Below, piece by piece: positions 63,862 to 64,000 of a DNA stretch of 64,000 nt (position 1 is the first letter of the stretch; the number at the start of each line of letters is the position of its first letter). The DNA is taken from assembly GCA_051362555.1 (NCBI GenBank), contig CM120641.1, positions 20,274,001 to 20,338,000 of the forward strand. The letters are read 5' to 3'. The translations under genes were made by a program, and so were the position numbers. The notes under the pieces are model-generated. The model made no database searches. It saw only the letters and a list, made by a program, of their open reading frames with translations, and was not told where the DNA came from. The DNA comes from Lingula anatina (taxonomy: Eukaryota; Animalia; Brachiopoda).

Positions 63862-64000
63862 CCCAACTCCGTCCTTGGTTTCGATAGAACTGTCACGTAA
63901 CACATTACTCTTCAAAATACTTAACAGATATATAATAACGTATACCTTACTCAAGACCGTAAATCATCACGAAGTTGGTCAGCATGTAGTTTTCAGTTTT

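Overview
Invertebrate metazoan genomic DNA, probably a lophotrochozoan or mollusc-like animal (inferred from protein features and mosaic CpG depletion). Two protein-coding genes are divergently arranged. The 5' part of a FAM120B/SAN1-like PIN/XPG-family nuclease gene lies on the minus strand: a non-coding exon at ~6096-6230 and a large coding exon at 3546-5556, with the rest of the gene off the left edge. A complete 10-exon Notch ligand Delta gene lies on the plus strand (CDS 20694-33754, 794 aa: signal peptide, MNNL, DSL, 9 EGF, TM, C-terminal ATEV). This is the same head-to-head pairing as human DLL1-FAM120B. The ~14 kb between the genes, and the 5' introns of Delta, form a CpG-retaining domain rich in E-box, Hairy/HES, Su(H), Sox and TCF motifs. 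That domain includes a candidate distal TATA promoter whose exon could splice into the Delta leader and skip three uORFs. The Delta 3'UTR carries Brd-box, K-box, other miRNA seed matches and Pumilio elements. The ~29 kb downstream is CpG-depleted with no recognisable protein gene. It holds Harbinger-type MITEs (some nested), a Mutator-like element, a long palindrome, microsatellites and minus-strand splice signals suggesting an unannotated convergent transcript. I found no prokaryotic-type systems, CRISPR arrays, tRNA or rRNA.
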